Assembly: GCA_030429765.1 (NCBI GenBank)
Contig: JAUIER010000001.1
Span: forward strand, 129,302-193,301
Source of the DNA: a bacterium
GTDB lineage: Bacteria; Omnitrophota; Gorgyraeia; Zapsychrales; Zapsychraceae
Length of the DNA stretch: 64,000 nucleotides
Direction of reading: 5' to 3'
Shown here piece after piece: positions 1-10,878 of the stretch. The notes beneath the pieces were generated by a model, which was not told the origin of the DNA, did no database searches, and saw only the letters and a program-made list of their open reading frames with translations. Position 1 is the first letter of the stretch. Every line of letters starts with the position of its first letter. Both the position numbers and the translations under genes were made by a program.

Positions 1-301
1 ACGGGAATCGGAGGATGCTGAGCGAGAACCTGATCGGCAATGGATCACGCGGGCCCGGGTTGAAGGGGTAGATGTGAGAACCGGTCGGCGATTCAACGAG
101 ACGGTTAAGGTAGTGCGAACTTGTTATTCAGTTTGGTGTGGCACCCTGGACAATTTGAGTGATGTTATGATTATTCTGACGAAATCGGAAGGCGAACTAG
201 TTCTGTCTTTGAATCCCTGCGGTGGCCGCATTTTTGGATCTTACTACGAGGATGACTATAAAAGTGTCGAGCAGTGCCTCAGAGAAGGGCAGTGTGAGTA
301 A
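1..301 (+). CDS. 3' end of a hypothetical protein (partial, runs in from the window edge)
   Basis: The frame of the 74..301 ORF has no stop from position 2 onward (RESEDAEREPDRQW...), so it is the tail of an upstream gene; stop TAA at 299-301. Confidence 0.55.
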   Translation, partial: RESEDAEREPDRQWITRARVEGVDVRTGRRFNETVKVVRTCYSVWCGTLDNLSDVMIILTKSEGELVLSLNPCGGRIFGSYYEDDYKSVEQCLREGQCE

Positions 302-505
302 AATTATCAAACGGAAGTGTGTTGGAAGAGCCCTCCGGTAAGATTTAGCCTAGTGGTTGGTCCAAATCTTGTTCTTGAGTACCAAGAATATTCATATTTA
401 TGTTGTGAAAGTAGGACTTTACTGGATAGAATGGTGTTGTGGGACATTCGTCAATTTGATGGTAATCCGCACTTTTTTCAAAACGGATCATTCTAGGAGA
501 CTTTT

Positions 506-1702
506 ATGCACAAGATCATGAAATTTCAATTCGCTCTGTGGTTCGCTTTAGCAGTTCTACCGGTGGCGAATGCCGCGGCACAAATTTCATTCACCATTCA
601 GGATTTGGGTATATTGGGAGGTGATAAAAGTTTGAGTAAAGGAATCAATGACGACGGGTTCGTGGTAGCTATTTCGGAGATGGACGGACAAGGTAATTTA
701 CTTTTTCCTGTCTATTGGGAGAATTCGACGGATGGATTTCAAGCGATAGGTAGCACACCCGGAGATCCGAAAGATATTAATAATAGCAGGATCACCGTGG
801 GAGATCGGACCGTACAGGATGGCAGCAGTACGTATGGCGCACCGTTTCGTTATGATATCAACACCGATACACAGACTATTTTGCGATTGGGAGATGGTAC
901 CGCTCAGGAAGGCGGAGCACTCGGGATCAATGAAAGCGGCACGATCGTCGGGTTTGCGCGGAATGTTGGTCTGGGGGGATCCAGTAATCAGGGATTCTAT
1001 TGGCAAAATCCCACCGAAGGTATCGTGAGGATTGGCACCCAGGCTGGTTCCGGCTTTAGCAGTCTGGAGGATATTAATGAAAGCGGCTTAGCGGTGGGGC
1101 AGTCGACGGTGTCCGTCAACGGCGGAACCGCACCGCATGCGATCATTCATGATCGTGCCGCAGCCGATCCATTTACGGATTTGGGAACGCTTAACGCTGA
1201 CAACTCGGGATTTAGCCTCGCCCGCGCGATTAATGATTCAAATCGGATTGTCGGCCTTTCTGATTTTGGATTCACCCAAACAGCTTTTGTTTATGCCGGA
1301 GGAATGATGAACCCGTTAGCCGGTATTGCCGGAGGCTTAACTGACGCATTGGACATCAATAACAATAATTGGATCGTCGGTAACGCAGTTGATGGTAACG
1401 ATGAATCATTCGCGGCCTTGTGGGTGGAAGAAGGCGGCGTGTATGAATTCAAGAATCTGAACTCACTCTTTAGCATGGATCAGCAATCTCTGTATGAGCT
1501 TGATTTGGCCGTCGCCATCAATAGTCAGAATCAAATCGTGGCCAACGGATACCTGCTGGAAAACGGTAACCGAACCGGTGCTCGCCGGGTATTTCTGTTG
1601 ACCCCGGAGATGACCAATTCAACGGTGCCGGAGCCGGTATCGGTGCTCTTACTCGGCTCAGGTCTGGCCGGGATGATGCTTCGACGACGGAAAAAGTCGT
1701 AG
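506..1702 (+). CDS. PEP-CTERM surface protein with HAF-type extracellular repeats
   Basis: Signal peptide ending AAA-Q; repeated (G/A/D)IN(D/E)xGxxVG and DLGTL units; C-terminal VPEP + TM helix + RRRKK; SD AGGAG. Confidence 0.85.
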   Translation: MHKIMKFQFALWFALAVLPVANAAAQISFTIQDLGILGGDKSLSKGINDDGFVVAISEMDGQGNLLFPVYWENSTDGFQAIGSTPGDPKDINNSRITVGDRTVQDGSSTYGAPFRYDINTDTQTILRLGDGTAQEGGALGINESGTIVGFARNVGLGGSSNQGFYWQNPTEGIVRIGTQAGSGFSSLEDINESGLAVGQSTVSVNGGTAPHAIIHDRAAADPFTDLGTLNADNSGFSLARAINDSNRIVGLSDFGFTQTAFVYAGGMMNPLAGIAGGLTDALDINNNNWIVGNAVDGNDESFAALWVEEGGVYEFKNLNSLFSMDQQSLYELDLAVAINSQNQIVANGYLLENGNRTGARRVFLLTPEMTNSTVPEPVSVLLLGSGLAGMMLRRRKKS

Positions 1703-1718
1703 CGTGAGTCAAAATCTT

Positions 1719-1754
1719 AAAAAGGCGCTTCACGATGGTGAGGCGCCTTTTTTT
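1719..1754 (+). terminator. Intrinsic terminator (bidirectional-looking)
   Basis: AAAAGGCGCTTCAC-gatg-GTGAGGCGCC followed by a T-run. Confidence 0.85.
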
Positions 1755-1789
1755 ATGACCATTTCGATCTCAGCATGTATAATCGATGA

Positions 1790-3304
1790 ATGAGGTTCAT
1801 CAACATCGCCATCGTCATTTGCATTTTCCTTCTGCTTCGGCCCTACCAGTTACAGAATACCGGATTGAGTTACCGCGGCGATGATTTGTCGTATTTCGCC
1901 CATGCCACCGCGATCGCCTATGGCGAATTTCCCGCGTACGATAAGGAGTATTTCGAACATGGCACCGATCAACCGATGCACAGTATCGGGCCGGGACTGA
2001 TGGCGGCGCCGTTTGTCTTAGTTTTTTCTTTTATTGACCGCCTGACAGACGCCGATATCGTGGAGCGACGGACGGAGTCCAATATTGTTCATAGCTGGTC
2101 GATGTTCGGATTTGTCGTCGCCAGCAGTGTCTACTTTTGGGCAGGCTGTTGGATGCTCTATGTGGTGACCCGTCGCTATTTTAGTGAACGTCATACCGTC
2201 TGGGCGATACTGCTGATGGTCCTGGTCCAGGGGATCCCGATCTATGTATTTCGACGCCCGATCTTTTCTCACGCCTACGAGTTTTTTCTGCAGGCGGCCA
2301 TGATTTATCTTTATTTCAAACCCATCGTCGATCAAAAATTTGGTCTTGGTTATTGGATCCGGGTCGGAACGGTTCTGGGACTGATGCCGTTGGTTCGCTA
2401 CAATAATCTGGTGGCCGCCGTATTCTGGTGGATGATCATGTACATGCGGCATTGCCGGGGGCTACGGCCGGTCTCTCGACGGAATGTATGGGGCGCGTTG
2501 GCCGTTTGCCTGACGCTGATCGGCGGTTTTTATGTCTGGCCGCATCTGCATCAATTGTCGGGGGGCTATCAGGGAAAGCTTGCCTATTTTTTTAAACCGT
2601 GGTGGTTGCTGGAGTACCCGTATCGATTTGTGTATGTTTTGGTCAATCAAGGCTGGGGATTGATTTTCACCGCGCCATTTATTTTGGTAGGACTGTGGCG
2701 CTGGTGTTTTAGTCCGCAGTTGGAAAAGTCGACATTATGGTGGGCGATGATCCCGATGGCGGTTAATTTTCATCTGATCGTGACGTCGGACGGGCAGGGA
2801 GGTTATTATGGTTATCGTTATTTTATTTGTTCGATGATTCCGTTGCTGGTGCTGCCGCTGGCCGGATGGCTGCGGGACATGGAACAACGCTTCGGACGAA
2901 AATTCTATGCCGGTATTATCACGCTCGCGATATGGCCGCTGTTGAGCATGATCAGTTTTCAGGGGAATAATTCGTCGCTGACGCTGGATGTCGTTCAGCT
3001 GCATAAAGGATGGGGATTTTCCAATCCGACGTATCAGTGGGAGATCTGGAAACTCCTGTTAACTAAACCGGTAGATTGGTTGGTTGCCGTGTTGAAAGGC
3101 GGGCTTTTATATCTGGTGTATTTGACGGCGCATCTAACCCAGTTGCAGCAGCTGTTGCCGGATATCGTTACTCGGAAATACCCGGTATTTCGATGGGATG
3201 TTTTGATCAAAGTCGTGGTACTGTGGATGATACCAGTTTGTCTTAATTTGATGTTCACCCCAGAACAGGAAGGTAAAAGTTCAAGGCAAAAACACAAGCC
3301 ATAA
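1790..3304 (+). CDS. Polytopic membrane protein, GT-C-like (lipid-linked sugar) glycosyltransferase
   Basis: N-terminal TM followed by GDD..Y loop; many TM helices; LVRYNN; GYRYF near the C-terminal loop. Confidence 0.55.
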   Translation: MRFINIAIVICIFLLLRPYQLQNTGLSYRGDDLSYFAHATAIAYGEFPAYDKEYFEHGTDQPMHSIGPGLMAAPFVLVFSFIDRLTDADIVERRTESNIVHSWSMFGFVVASSVYFWAGCWMLYVVTRRYFSERHTVWAILLMVLVQGIPIYVFRRPIFSHAYEFFLQAAMIYLYFKPIVDQKFGLGYWIRVGTVLGLMPLVRYNNLVAAVFWWMIMYMRHCRGLRPVSRRNVWGALAVCLTLIGGFYVWPHLHQLSGGYQGKLAYFFKPWWLLEYPYRFVYVLVNQGWGLIFTAPFILVGLWRWCFSPQLEKSTLWWAMIPMAVNFHLIVTSDGQGGYYGYRYFICSMIPLLVLPLAGWLRDMEQRFGRKFYAGIITLAIWPLLSMISFQGNNSSLTLDVVQLHKGWGFSNPTYQWEIWKLLLTKPVDWLVAVLKGGLLYLVYLTAHLTQLQQLLPDIVTRKYPVFRWDVLIKVVVLWMIPVCLNLMFTPEQEGKSSRQKHKP

Positions 3305-3351
3305 ATAATTCTAATGCTTTAGCCAACATATCTGGAAATTTAGTGGCCGAT

Positions 3352-3738
3352 CTATTTTGGGAGGTGATTAATTGAGAGGACAGCAAAGGTTTCGTAATCT
3401 GTTTCACTGATCGTGGTTTGGTAGCCGAACACCTGAACCAATCCCATTCCTTTCTGCGTTTTATCCCCCAGCCGATGTTCGAGTAAAATACCTACCCCCG
3501 ACCAAACACACATAACTCCCTCTGGGCAGGGTTCATTGAAAAAATCCAGGATGCGTATGGAATAGCGGGTGTTTTCAAGCTTCACGCATTCTTCTTTCCC
3601 CAAAGAGACGGGTTCATTCAGGTGGACTTCAATACATGCGACGTCCGATCGGATTTCTGTGGCCAGTCCCGTAGTTGTGAATAGCCATCCAAAGATTAGC
3701 GTTGTGGATACGACTTTTTTGATAGTAGCGAATGTCAT
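3352..3738 (-). CDS. Secreted hypothetical protein
   Basis: Signal peptide; CPEGVMCVWSG motif; AGGAAG upstream on the minus strand. Confidence 0.6.
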   Translation of the reverse strand: MTFATIKKVVSTTLIFGWLFTTTGLATEIRSDVACIEVHLNEPVSLGKEECVKLENTRYSIRILDFFNEPCPEGVMCVWSGVGILLEHRLGDKTQKGMGLVQVFGYQTTISETDYETFAVLSINHLPK

Positions 3739-3827
3739 TTCTTCTTCCTATTAATGGTTCTGCACCTTTATCATACCACACATGATGTGAGGACTTCAAA
3801 AAAGGATATGATCTGTCAAATAGTGAC

Positions 3828-4769
3828 TTAGAATTCGGATAGAATTTCAAGAAATTTCTGTCTGTGTAGTAGTTTCATACCATCAAGAAACATCAACTTT
3901 CTTGATCCGTCATTCACATAGTGATGCATGGCGGTTTGGGGACGGACTTTGCGGTTGGAGATCTGATAGTCGGGGCTTAAGCGCGCGCCGTGAAGCCGGG
4001 ACACGATCATCATATTTAATGTCTGCTCATGGCGATTGGGATCGCCATTGTGATTAAGCCGCTGACACTCCCGAAAATATTCCTCGATAAACCGCATATG
4101 TTCGAAGTGGTCTTTCACCCTCATGTAAAATAAACCAGCGTTGGCATGCTCGTTCATCGTCGGACAAAATTTATCACGCAGAAATTTCAGGTCGTAGCTG
4201 TAGGCGTTTTGATAGTCAGACATAAAAAAAGGCTTGCCGGATTCCATGTATCGTATCATTTCTTCCGGATGCTGAAAAAACAGCATGTCGGTATCCAGGT
4301 GAAGGATATATTCACTTTCACAAAAATGAAAACTGTCGAACAATTTGAGGCTGCAGTAAAACCGTGGATTGCGGCGCATCAATTGGCATTCCGGAAAATG
4401 TTTGAGCTGCCCGATGATGTCGGGATCGGCCTGGGCGCGTTCAACGATTTCACATCCAGTAAAATGACGCCGATAGATATCCTTACTCTCCGCGCTCAGG
4501 CTGCCGTCATCATGAACGACCAGTTTCGGAGTTGTCCGGCTGTAATGATAGAACGTCTTTAGGGCCCACAGCGACATATCGAAATCTTCTTCACACGAGA
4601 TGATATGCAGGCCGAAGAGGCCGGGACCGCCGGCCTGGACCGGAGCGGATTGCAGGATCGCCTGATGCGACTCGGTCTTGATCCGGGCAACCTTGCGATC
4701 CTCGATATCCTGATAGGCCCGACGAAGGGGACGGTAAACGCGTTTGAGTGTATTGATCACGGGTTTCAT
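3828..4769 (-). CDS. GT-A fold glycosyltransferase (nucleotide-diphospho-sugar transferase)
   Basis: VHDDGSL, LHLDTDMLF (DxD), NAGLF and EQT motifs; TTGACA-17-CATGAT promoter upstream. Confidence 0.7.
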   Translation of the reverse strand: MKPVINTLKRVYRPLRRAYQDIEDRKVARIKTESHQAILQSAPVQAGGPGLFGLHIISCEEDFDMSLWALKTFYHYSRTTPKLVVHDDGSLSAESKDIYRRHFTGCEIVERAQADPDIIGQLKHFPECQLMRRNPRFYCSLKLFDSFHFCESEYILHLDTDMLFFQHPEEMIRYMESGKPFFMSDYQNAYSYDLKFLRDKFCPTMNEHANAGLFYMRVKDHFEHMRFIEEYFRECQRLNHNGDPNRHEQTLNMMIVSRLHGARLSPDYQISNRKVRPQTAMHHYVNDGSRKLMFLDGMKLLHRQKFLEILSEF

Positions 4770-4921
4770 GTGCTAATTCCAGATATTGTTCGTATCATGT
4801 CAGATGCGCGGTTGACTGTCAATGTCCAAGCGTGAATTAGGAGTTCAGAATAGTCAGACAGTGAGGGACTTACTGGGACAGGCCCGGACATAGAATTATT
4901 ACGGATGTTCCCGAGAAGCTA

Positions 4922-4950
4922 TTGACGGATTTCGGGGCAGCCCTTATACT
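4922..4950 (+). promoter_or_regulatory. Sigma70 promoter of large protein A
   Basis: TTGACG(4922)-17 nt-TATACT(4945). The TTG used as start in the ORF track is the -35 box, so ATG 5078 is the likelier start. Confidence 0.65.
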
Positions 4951-5077
4951 TACTATTATAAATCTTACGATTTATAAATCACATTCCCCAATCACATCAT
5001 TTCAATTCATAACTTTAGTTCAGTTGAAATCTATCTCAACAGGCTGTAAAGTAGTCTGTTTTAATTTGGCTGAAGTT

Positions 5078-8000
5078 ATGACAATAACTCCTTATAACAA
5101 AACTATTCAATTGATTCGCCAAACAATCGCGGGATTAACGGCGTTGTGTTTGATCAGTGTATCATTGTATCCGGGCGTGGCGTATGCCGGGGATCCTGAC
5201 CGTTTCACATTACCCGGTCCCGGTCAAATGGTCCGCACAACATCTGCGTTCGCGCCGGCGATGATCCGCGGGGTGAGTATTCATGCCGATAATCCGTTAA
5301 GATTTGATTTTATTATCGACCGCGGTGACAAACCTCTATCGGGTCAGCTTCAACAATCTGAATATCAAAAACTTGTAAAATATTTCCTGACATCGCTGAC
5401 AGTTCCGGAAAAAGACCTGTGGGTCAATCTTTCCCCGAATGAAAAAGACCGAATCATTCCGGAGAAATTTGGTTTAACCGAAATGGGACGCGATCTTCTG
5501 GGCCAGGACTATCTGCTTAAACAACTCACGGCGTCACTCATGTATCCCGAAGAAGAATTGGGTGAACAATTCTGGCAGCGTGTCCGTCAGCAAACGTTTG
5601 AGAGGTATGGTCATACGGATATTCCGTTAAACGCGTTTCGCAAGGTTTGGATTGTTCCGGAACGCGCGGTGGTGTTTGAGGACAACAACACAGCCTACGT
5701 GGCGGATTCGTTTTTAAAGGTGATGCTCGAGGAAGATTATGCTGAACTGCCTCATTCATCAATCACCGACGATTCAGATGAACAATTTTCAATGTCAGAT
5801 GTTGTCCGTGAGATTATTGTTCCTGAGTTGGAACATGAGGTGAATTTTGGAGAACATTTCGCTCAATTGAGGCAAATTTACAGCGCTTTGATCCTGGCGA
5901 CCTGGTACAAACAAACACTTCGTGAGAGTTTGTTGGGACAGGTTTATGTGAACAAGAATAGAGTACGAGGGGTAGATGTTCAGGACAGTTCAGCGAAGGA
6001 AAAGATTTACGCGCAGTATCTCAAGGCGTTTGAGATCGGTGTTTATAACTACATCAAGGAAGAGTACGATCCGGAGTCTCAATCCGTGATTCCACGTCAG
6101 TATGTTTCGGGCGGAGCGGGTTTGCAGTTGTCCGGAGTGCTGAGTCGGTATCAGCGACTGACAAGTTTACCACGGCGGGCTTACAGCAATATGCGCGCGT
6201 TAGCGCGAAAAGCATTAGGTTCGACTGGGCTGGACCGGATCGTGGTGGATTTGAGGGAGGTTCCCGCGTCGGAACAATTGATCGTTGACGCGGCCATGTT
6301 GACTGACCCTGCGGCGTTTGTTTTTGCGGATGAGTCGGAACAGATCCTGGATTTGACGCGTCAGTTGCGTCATCTGCCATCGCTGAATGATTTGGCCGGC
6401 ATCGTTGAGACCAATCAGAAATATTACGAACAGACCATTGCATGGCTGGTCCATCAGTTTATGCTGGGCGCATTTGACCGTCCGCTCATGGCCGATCTGG
6501 CCGAAAGCATTCGCTCATTACGTGTATCCAAGGCCCGGGTGTTTGATCGGATCCTGAAAGGTCGAGTTCAGCTGGATGGGATCGACATGGTGAAATATTT
6601 TCTTAAGGGAGATCTCGAGACCATGGTTGATGATGTTCAGCGGTCGCTGGCAGCTCGGCGGACCATTTTGGCAACGGAGATCGAATCAGCCCAACAATTA
6701 GCCGCTTCCGTTCAATCAATTACCATAAATGAAACCAGTCCGCTGGTGCTATGGCATACCGTGCGGGCGATGGGAGAGATCGCGAACAATCCTGCAGCTC
6801 GACCGGAACTGCGACGGTACGTGCTCGGACAGATCATCGGTTTTTATCTGACATTTAACCGGATAGGTTTTGCGGCGCCGATTCGAACACAAGCCGTTCA
6901 AATTTTGCGGCAAACTGGGATTGTTCAAATCAGCCGATTTCTATTGCCTCGTTTGGATCCGTTTTCGCGGACATCCACGACCGATACGTCCAATTTCGAG
7001 AAAAATTCCACAATCCGCGCGCGGATTGTCGACACATTGTTCGAGATGATCGACGCACCGAATCTCGATGATGAAATTCGGCAGTCGATTTTGCTCAGGA
7101 TGTTGGCCGTCAGTCATTACGATCCGGACCGCAACATTCGTCGACAGGCCAAACGCGAATTACGCCGTCGTAACATTTCGGAAGCGTCACTTCAGACCGT
7201 CGTCTCAAAAGAGGCGGATTCAGCTGTTCTGTCTGAACAACCGGATTTACTATCGGCCGAATGGCGCTATGGCCGGATCGCAGAGGATTTGTTAATCTTG
7301 TTAGAGGCAAACGGATGGGACGGTTACGGGATTGATTTTGAAACGGCATACAACGAAGGCGCATCGGTTTGGTCGTCGGTATCATGGGGGAAAGAAGGAT
7401 TGTGGATCCATGTGCATTTACATCATCCGGATAAACTACGTGCCAATCAGCCATTTTTGAATAACGGTTTGATGTTCCGGATAGAGAGCTACAACGATGA
7501 CCGTATCAAATTGACGGATCCATGGATTGAAGCAAATCCCGACGGAGTTCAGGCCTTTCAGCATGGCTTTGTCTCATTGCAAAGTATCGTCGATCGTGAG
7601 TCAAGTTTGGGTCAGGATGTGATTGAGCGAATGATCACATTGGCCGAAGAATCGGCAAACCGGGAAAGAGATGATATCCTGGCGGGAATTCGTCGAGGAA
7701 AGAAAATCCAGATGCTGATCGCGGATGCGGTTGAGCCGGACCAGGCCGTAGGTGTGCGGGATATGCTGGCCTATGTTGAATTCGGCCGTGCGATTCGCAG
7801 CGAGGCGCAGCAGGCCTATGGATTTAAATTTGCCCCAATGAATTTCAGTTCAGACGGTTTAACGGTCCTGGAAGATGGATCCATCCAAACCGATGCCGCC
7901 GTTTTGTCGTCGCCCGGCGGGATTACGATTATTCAGGATGCGATTACCCGTCTGGATGGAACAACTCTACGAGAGCGTCTGTATGCTTTATTGGAAGAGC

Positions 8001-8686
8001 GGGCGATTGATCTTGAAGAGTTCCCACCGCAGATCGGCAAGACCGAATCAAACTTTAAACAGATGATGGCCGGCGGCGGATTCCGCATTACACCGGAAGT
8101 TCTAGTCAGGAGCGCCCAGATTCTCGACGTGAATGTCGTTGAATTGTATACCGGTCTGCCGTTGGAATCTGCGCTTCAGCAGATTGATACGCCCGGCGGT
8201 CGATTGATGCTGCTTCGTATGACGCGAGGATTGACGCGAGTCGATGTTAAAAATAAAGTCGAGGCCCGCACGGCCCGCAAATTTAACGCCAATCAACTGA
8301 CCAAGTGGGAGACCTCCGAGACGATTGAGGACGATACTGATCTTGATGTCGTGGCGGATGTCATCGGCACGGATGTCAGCACAATTATGGATGGCGTAGC
8401 GTCAGTGTCGACGGATGATCAAGCTATGTCATCAATGGAAAAAACCGATGCCGTCGGGGGGATCGATTTGAACCCCGTTAACATGAACCTTCAAATCAAG
8501 CGCGATTCCCAAGGGGTTCCGCTGCCACTAAATGTTCAGCCGATTGATTCCATGCAGATTGATGGCTTTAGTCCCGTGATCATTCAAATCCTTCCCATTC
8601 ATCAATTGCCGCTGTTATCTGATTTGCTCGACGATACCGAGCAACCTGTCATCGGTTCTCTTCAAATTGATCCCAACAAAGGGTAA
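5078..8686 (+). CDS. Large modular protein A: export signal + conserved N domain + variable cargo (helical/HEAT-like, unknown, two XRE-HTH) + GGID C domain
   Basis: N-terminal hydrophobic segment ending AYA. Roughly 310 aa homologous to 17904..21626 (WVNLSP, QDYLLKQLT, KVWIVPE, ILATWYK, RQYxSGG). C-terminal GGIDLN...SPVI. Confidence 0.85.
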   Translation: MTITPYNKTIQLIRQTIAGLTALCLISVSLYPGVAYAGDPDRFTLPGPGQMVRTTSAFAPAMIRGVSIHADNPLRFDFIIDRGDKPLSGQLQQSEYQKLVKYFLTSLTVPEKDLWVNLSPNEKDRIIPEKFGLTEMGRDLLGQDYLLKQLTASLMYPEEELGEQFWQRVRQQTFERYGHTDIPLNAFRKVWIVPERAVVFEDNNTAYVADSFLKVMLEEDYAELPHSSITDDSDEQFSMSDVVREIIVPELEHEVNFGEHFAQLRQIYSALILATWYKQTLRESLLGQVYVNKNRVRGVDVQDSSAKEKIYAQYLKAFEIGVYNYIKEEYDPESQSVIPRQYVSGGAGLQLSGVLSRYQRLTSLPRRAYSNMRALARKALGSTGLDRIVVDLREVPASEQLIVDAAMLTDPAAFVFADESEQILDLTRQLRHLPSLNDLAGIVETNQKYYEQTIAWLVHQFMLGAFDRPLMADLAESIRSLRVSKARVFDRILKGRVQLDGIDMVKYFLKGDLETMVDDVQRSLAARRTILATEIESAQQLAASVQSITINETSPLVLWHTVRAMGEIANNPAARPELRRYVLGQIIGFYLTFNRIGFAAPIRTQAVQILRQTGIVQISRFLLPRLDPFSRTSTTDTSNFEKNSTIRARIVDTLFEMIDAPNLDDEIRQSILLRMLAVSHYDPDRNIRRQAKRELRRRNISEASLQTVVSKEADSAVLSEQPDLLSAEWRYGRIAEDLLILLEANGWDGYGIDFETAYNEGASVWSSVSWGKEGLWIHVHLHHPDKLRANQPFLNNGLMFRIESYNDDRIKLTDPWIEANPDGVQAFQHGFVSLQSIVDRESSLGQDVIERMITLAEESANRERDDILAGIRRGKKIQMLIADAVEPDQAVGVRDMLAYVEFGRAIRSEAQQAYGFKFAPMNFSSDGLTVLEDGSIQTDAAVLSSPGGITIIQDAITRLDGTTLRERLYALLEERAIDLEEFPPQIGKTESNFKQMMAGGGFRITPEVLVRSAQILDVNVVELYTGLPLESALQQIDTPGGRLMLLRMTRGLTRVDVKNKVEARTARKFNANQLTKWETSETIEDDTDLDVVADVIGTDVSTIMDGVASVSTDDQAMSSMEKTDAVGGIDLNPVNMNLQIKRDSQGVPLPLNVQPIDSMQIDGFSPVIIQILPIHQLPLLSDLLDDTEQPVIGSLQIDPNKG

Positions 8687-8799
8687 GATGTCTTGATTTG
8701 AGACATTTTAGGTCCGAATATTTATCATGTATTCCTTTATCCGGGTTCACGATGTTGTTAGACTACACTAGTGTTTAACTCGTCTAACCGGAGGTCGGA

Positions 8800-9414
8800 A
8801 TGAAAAAATTGATGCTGACACTGTTGTTTGCCGTTTGGATTGCCGGTATACCGGCGAACGCCCAGGCGCTATTGCTGTACAAGGATACATTCCTCAACGC
8901 GACACGCGAGCAAATCGATCCGGTCGTCGGGGTGCAGGGATTTTATGTGAATGATTTTGCGACGGAATTCTTTAACGGCTATACGATTGATTTATCTGAT
9001 CCGCTAACTGTGGGATCGATCTTCACGTCTTCCGCCGGTGATGTGGGCTTCGGGACATTTGCCGCTTATCTGACTGATGGTATCGAGCAAAGCTGGCAGG
9101 CGCGGTTTGTATTGAGCAACGGCATTCAGGCGTTGCAGCGGTCCGAGCCGTTGAGTTTCGGAACGAGTCTCTTTAGTGCCAACAATATCGATCTGGCCGG
9201 CTACCGTATAGATCAACTACAATTTTCGGTCGATTCGGTGGAGGCCCTGGCTGCGGCTTCCGGCTTTAGATGGACAACCAGTATCTCGGTCTTCGGCGAT
9301 TTGGATTCAACGCCCAATGCCATTCCTGAACCGTCAACACTCCTGCTCCTGGGCATGGGGATGACTGGAATGATTATACGTCGACGTCGTGACAGCGATC
9401 GTGCTGCGGTGTAA
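8800..9414 (+). CDS. PEP-CTERM surface protein
   Basis: Signal peptide; IPEPSTLLLLG + TM + RRRR; SD GGAGG. Confidence 0.85.
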   Translation: MKKLMLTLLFAVWIAGIPANAQALLLYKDTFLNATREQIDPVVGVQGFYVNDFATEFFNGYTIDLSDPLTVGSIFTSSAGDVGFGTFAAYLTDGIEQSWQARFVLSNGIQALQRSEPLSFGTSLFSANNIDLAGYRIDQLQFSVDSVEALAAASGFRWTTSISVFGDLDSTPNAIPEPSTLLLLGMGMTGMIIRRRRDSDRAAV

Positions 9415-9450
9415 GATTGACCCCGCGGGAGTTCTCCCTATAATAGAAGA

Positions 9451-10878
9451 ATGTTATCCAACCGGTATCAATATACCATCCGGCGTCTGATTTATTCATG
9501 CGCCATCGTGTTTCTATCCCTATTTTCAAATGTGATCTATGCGCCGGCGATGGATCGGTCACCCCAGTCCGAGTCACATGACCGTGAGTGGGTCGTGATT
9601 TGGCATGACGAATTTGACGGTGATCGTGTCAATCCTGCCAAATGGCGCATTGAAGACGCCGCGCTGATCAAAAACAACGAACAGCAATACTACACGCCGG
9701 AAGATGTGTATCTGGAAGACGGACATCTGGTACTCCGCAGTCAGCAGCGTCCGATGGGCGGACGTGATTACACATCCGGATTGGTCGAGACCAAGGGGTT
9801 GTTTACATTCACCTACGGGCGGGTGGAGGTGCGCGCGCGATTACCCAAGGGTAAAGGCATTTGGCCGGCGCACTGGATGATGAACGCCGTCGGAACCTGG
9901 CCGCCCGAGATCGACATCATGGAGATGTTGGGGCATCGGCCAACCAAGATTCATATGACCAATCACTTTGGTGTTCATCCACGCAACTCCCGGCACGGCG
10001 GGTATTATGAAGGGCCGGACTATTCAGCAGACTTTCACACCTATGCGATTGAGTGGACACCGGACGAAATAAAATGGTTTATCGACGGTGTTGAACGGTT
10101 TAGCACGCGAAAGTATGTTCATGATGTCCCGTTTTACATTATTCTCAACACGGCGGTCGGCGGCAATTGGCCGGGCTACCCGGATGAGACTACGGAGTTT
10201 CCGCAGTATCACCACATTGACTACGTTCGCGTTTACAAAAAGAATGTGCCGGGGACGGGATTTGTGTATCTGACAGCTGAACATGGACAGGTGAGCCAGC
10301 AGCCGAACGAACACCGTTATGCCTTGGGTACGACGATTCAGTTGGCGGCCAAGCCCGATATCGGATATAAATTTTCGCATTGGACAGGTGATTTGGAAGG
10401 GACCCAGAATCCGTTGGATCTGACCATCGCCGGCAATGTTCGGGCGGCAGCAGTTTTTGCTGAAGATCCGGACGCCCCCGGATTAATTTCGTCCCGGGCG
10501 GCGGTGCTGTCATCCTCGCAGGAAAGCGATCAATTGGGGCCGGCCAACGTGGTGGATGGAAATCTGGGAACGCGTTGGTCCTCAGAGTTTTCAGATCCGC
10601 AATGGATCCAGATTGATTTGGGGGAAGCTCGTTTGATTGAGGCGATGCGGCTGAATTGGGAGAATGCGTTTGCCCGGAGTTATGCGATCGCGGTATCCGA
10701 TGATGCCCTCACATGGAGTACGGTCTATGCCAAGGCCGATTCTAACGGAGGGGTTCATAACATACGGCTGGTCCAATCCGTCTCGGCCCGCTACATCCGG
10801 CTTACGGGAACGGAGCGGGGCACTCAATGGGGCTATTCACTCTGGGAATTTGAGGTATTCGGTCAATCGCAGGAGTAG
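9451..10878 (+). CDS. GH16 beta-glucanase/laminarinase-like enzyme with a bacterial repeat domain and a C-terminal F5/8 (CBM32) domain
   Basis: WHDEFDG, GIWPA, catalytic EIDIME, DYVRVY; GYKFSHWTGD repeat; DGNLGTRWSS...WIQIDLG...ARYIRL...SLWEFEV. Confidence 0.9.
   Translation: MLSNRYQYTIRRLIYSCAIVFLSLFSNVIYAPAMDRSPQSESHDREWVVIWHDEFDGDRVNPAKWRIEDAALIKNNEQQYYTPEDVYLEDGHLVLRSQQRPMGGRDYTSGLVETKGLFTFTYGRVEVRARLPKGKGIWPAHWMMNAVGTWPPEIDIMEMLGHRPTKIHMTNHFGVHPRNSRHGGYYEGPDYSADFHTYAIEWTPDEIKWFIDGVERFSTRKYVHDVPFYIILNTAVGGNWPGYPDETTEFPQYHHIDYVRVYKKNVPGTGFVYLTAEHGQVSQQPNEHRYALGTTIQLAAKPDIGYKFSHWTGDLEGTQNPLDLTIAGNVRAAAVFAEDPDAPGLISSRAAVLSSSQESDQLGPANVVDGNLGTRWSSEFSDPQWIQIDLGEARLIEAMRLNWENAFARSYAIAVSDDALTWSTVYAKADSNGGVHNIRLVQSVSARYIRLTGTERGTQWGYSLWEFEVFGQSQE

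Noticed and set aside
4922-5077. N-terminal extension of protein A from TTG 4922
   Set aside because: The TTG coincides with the -35 box, and alignment with paralogue B favours ATG 5078
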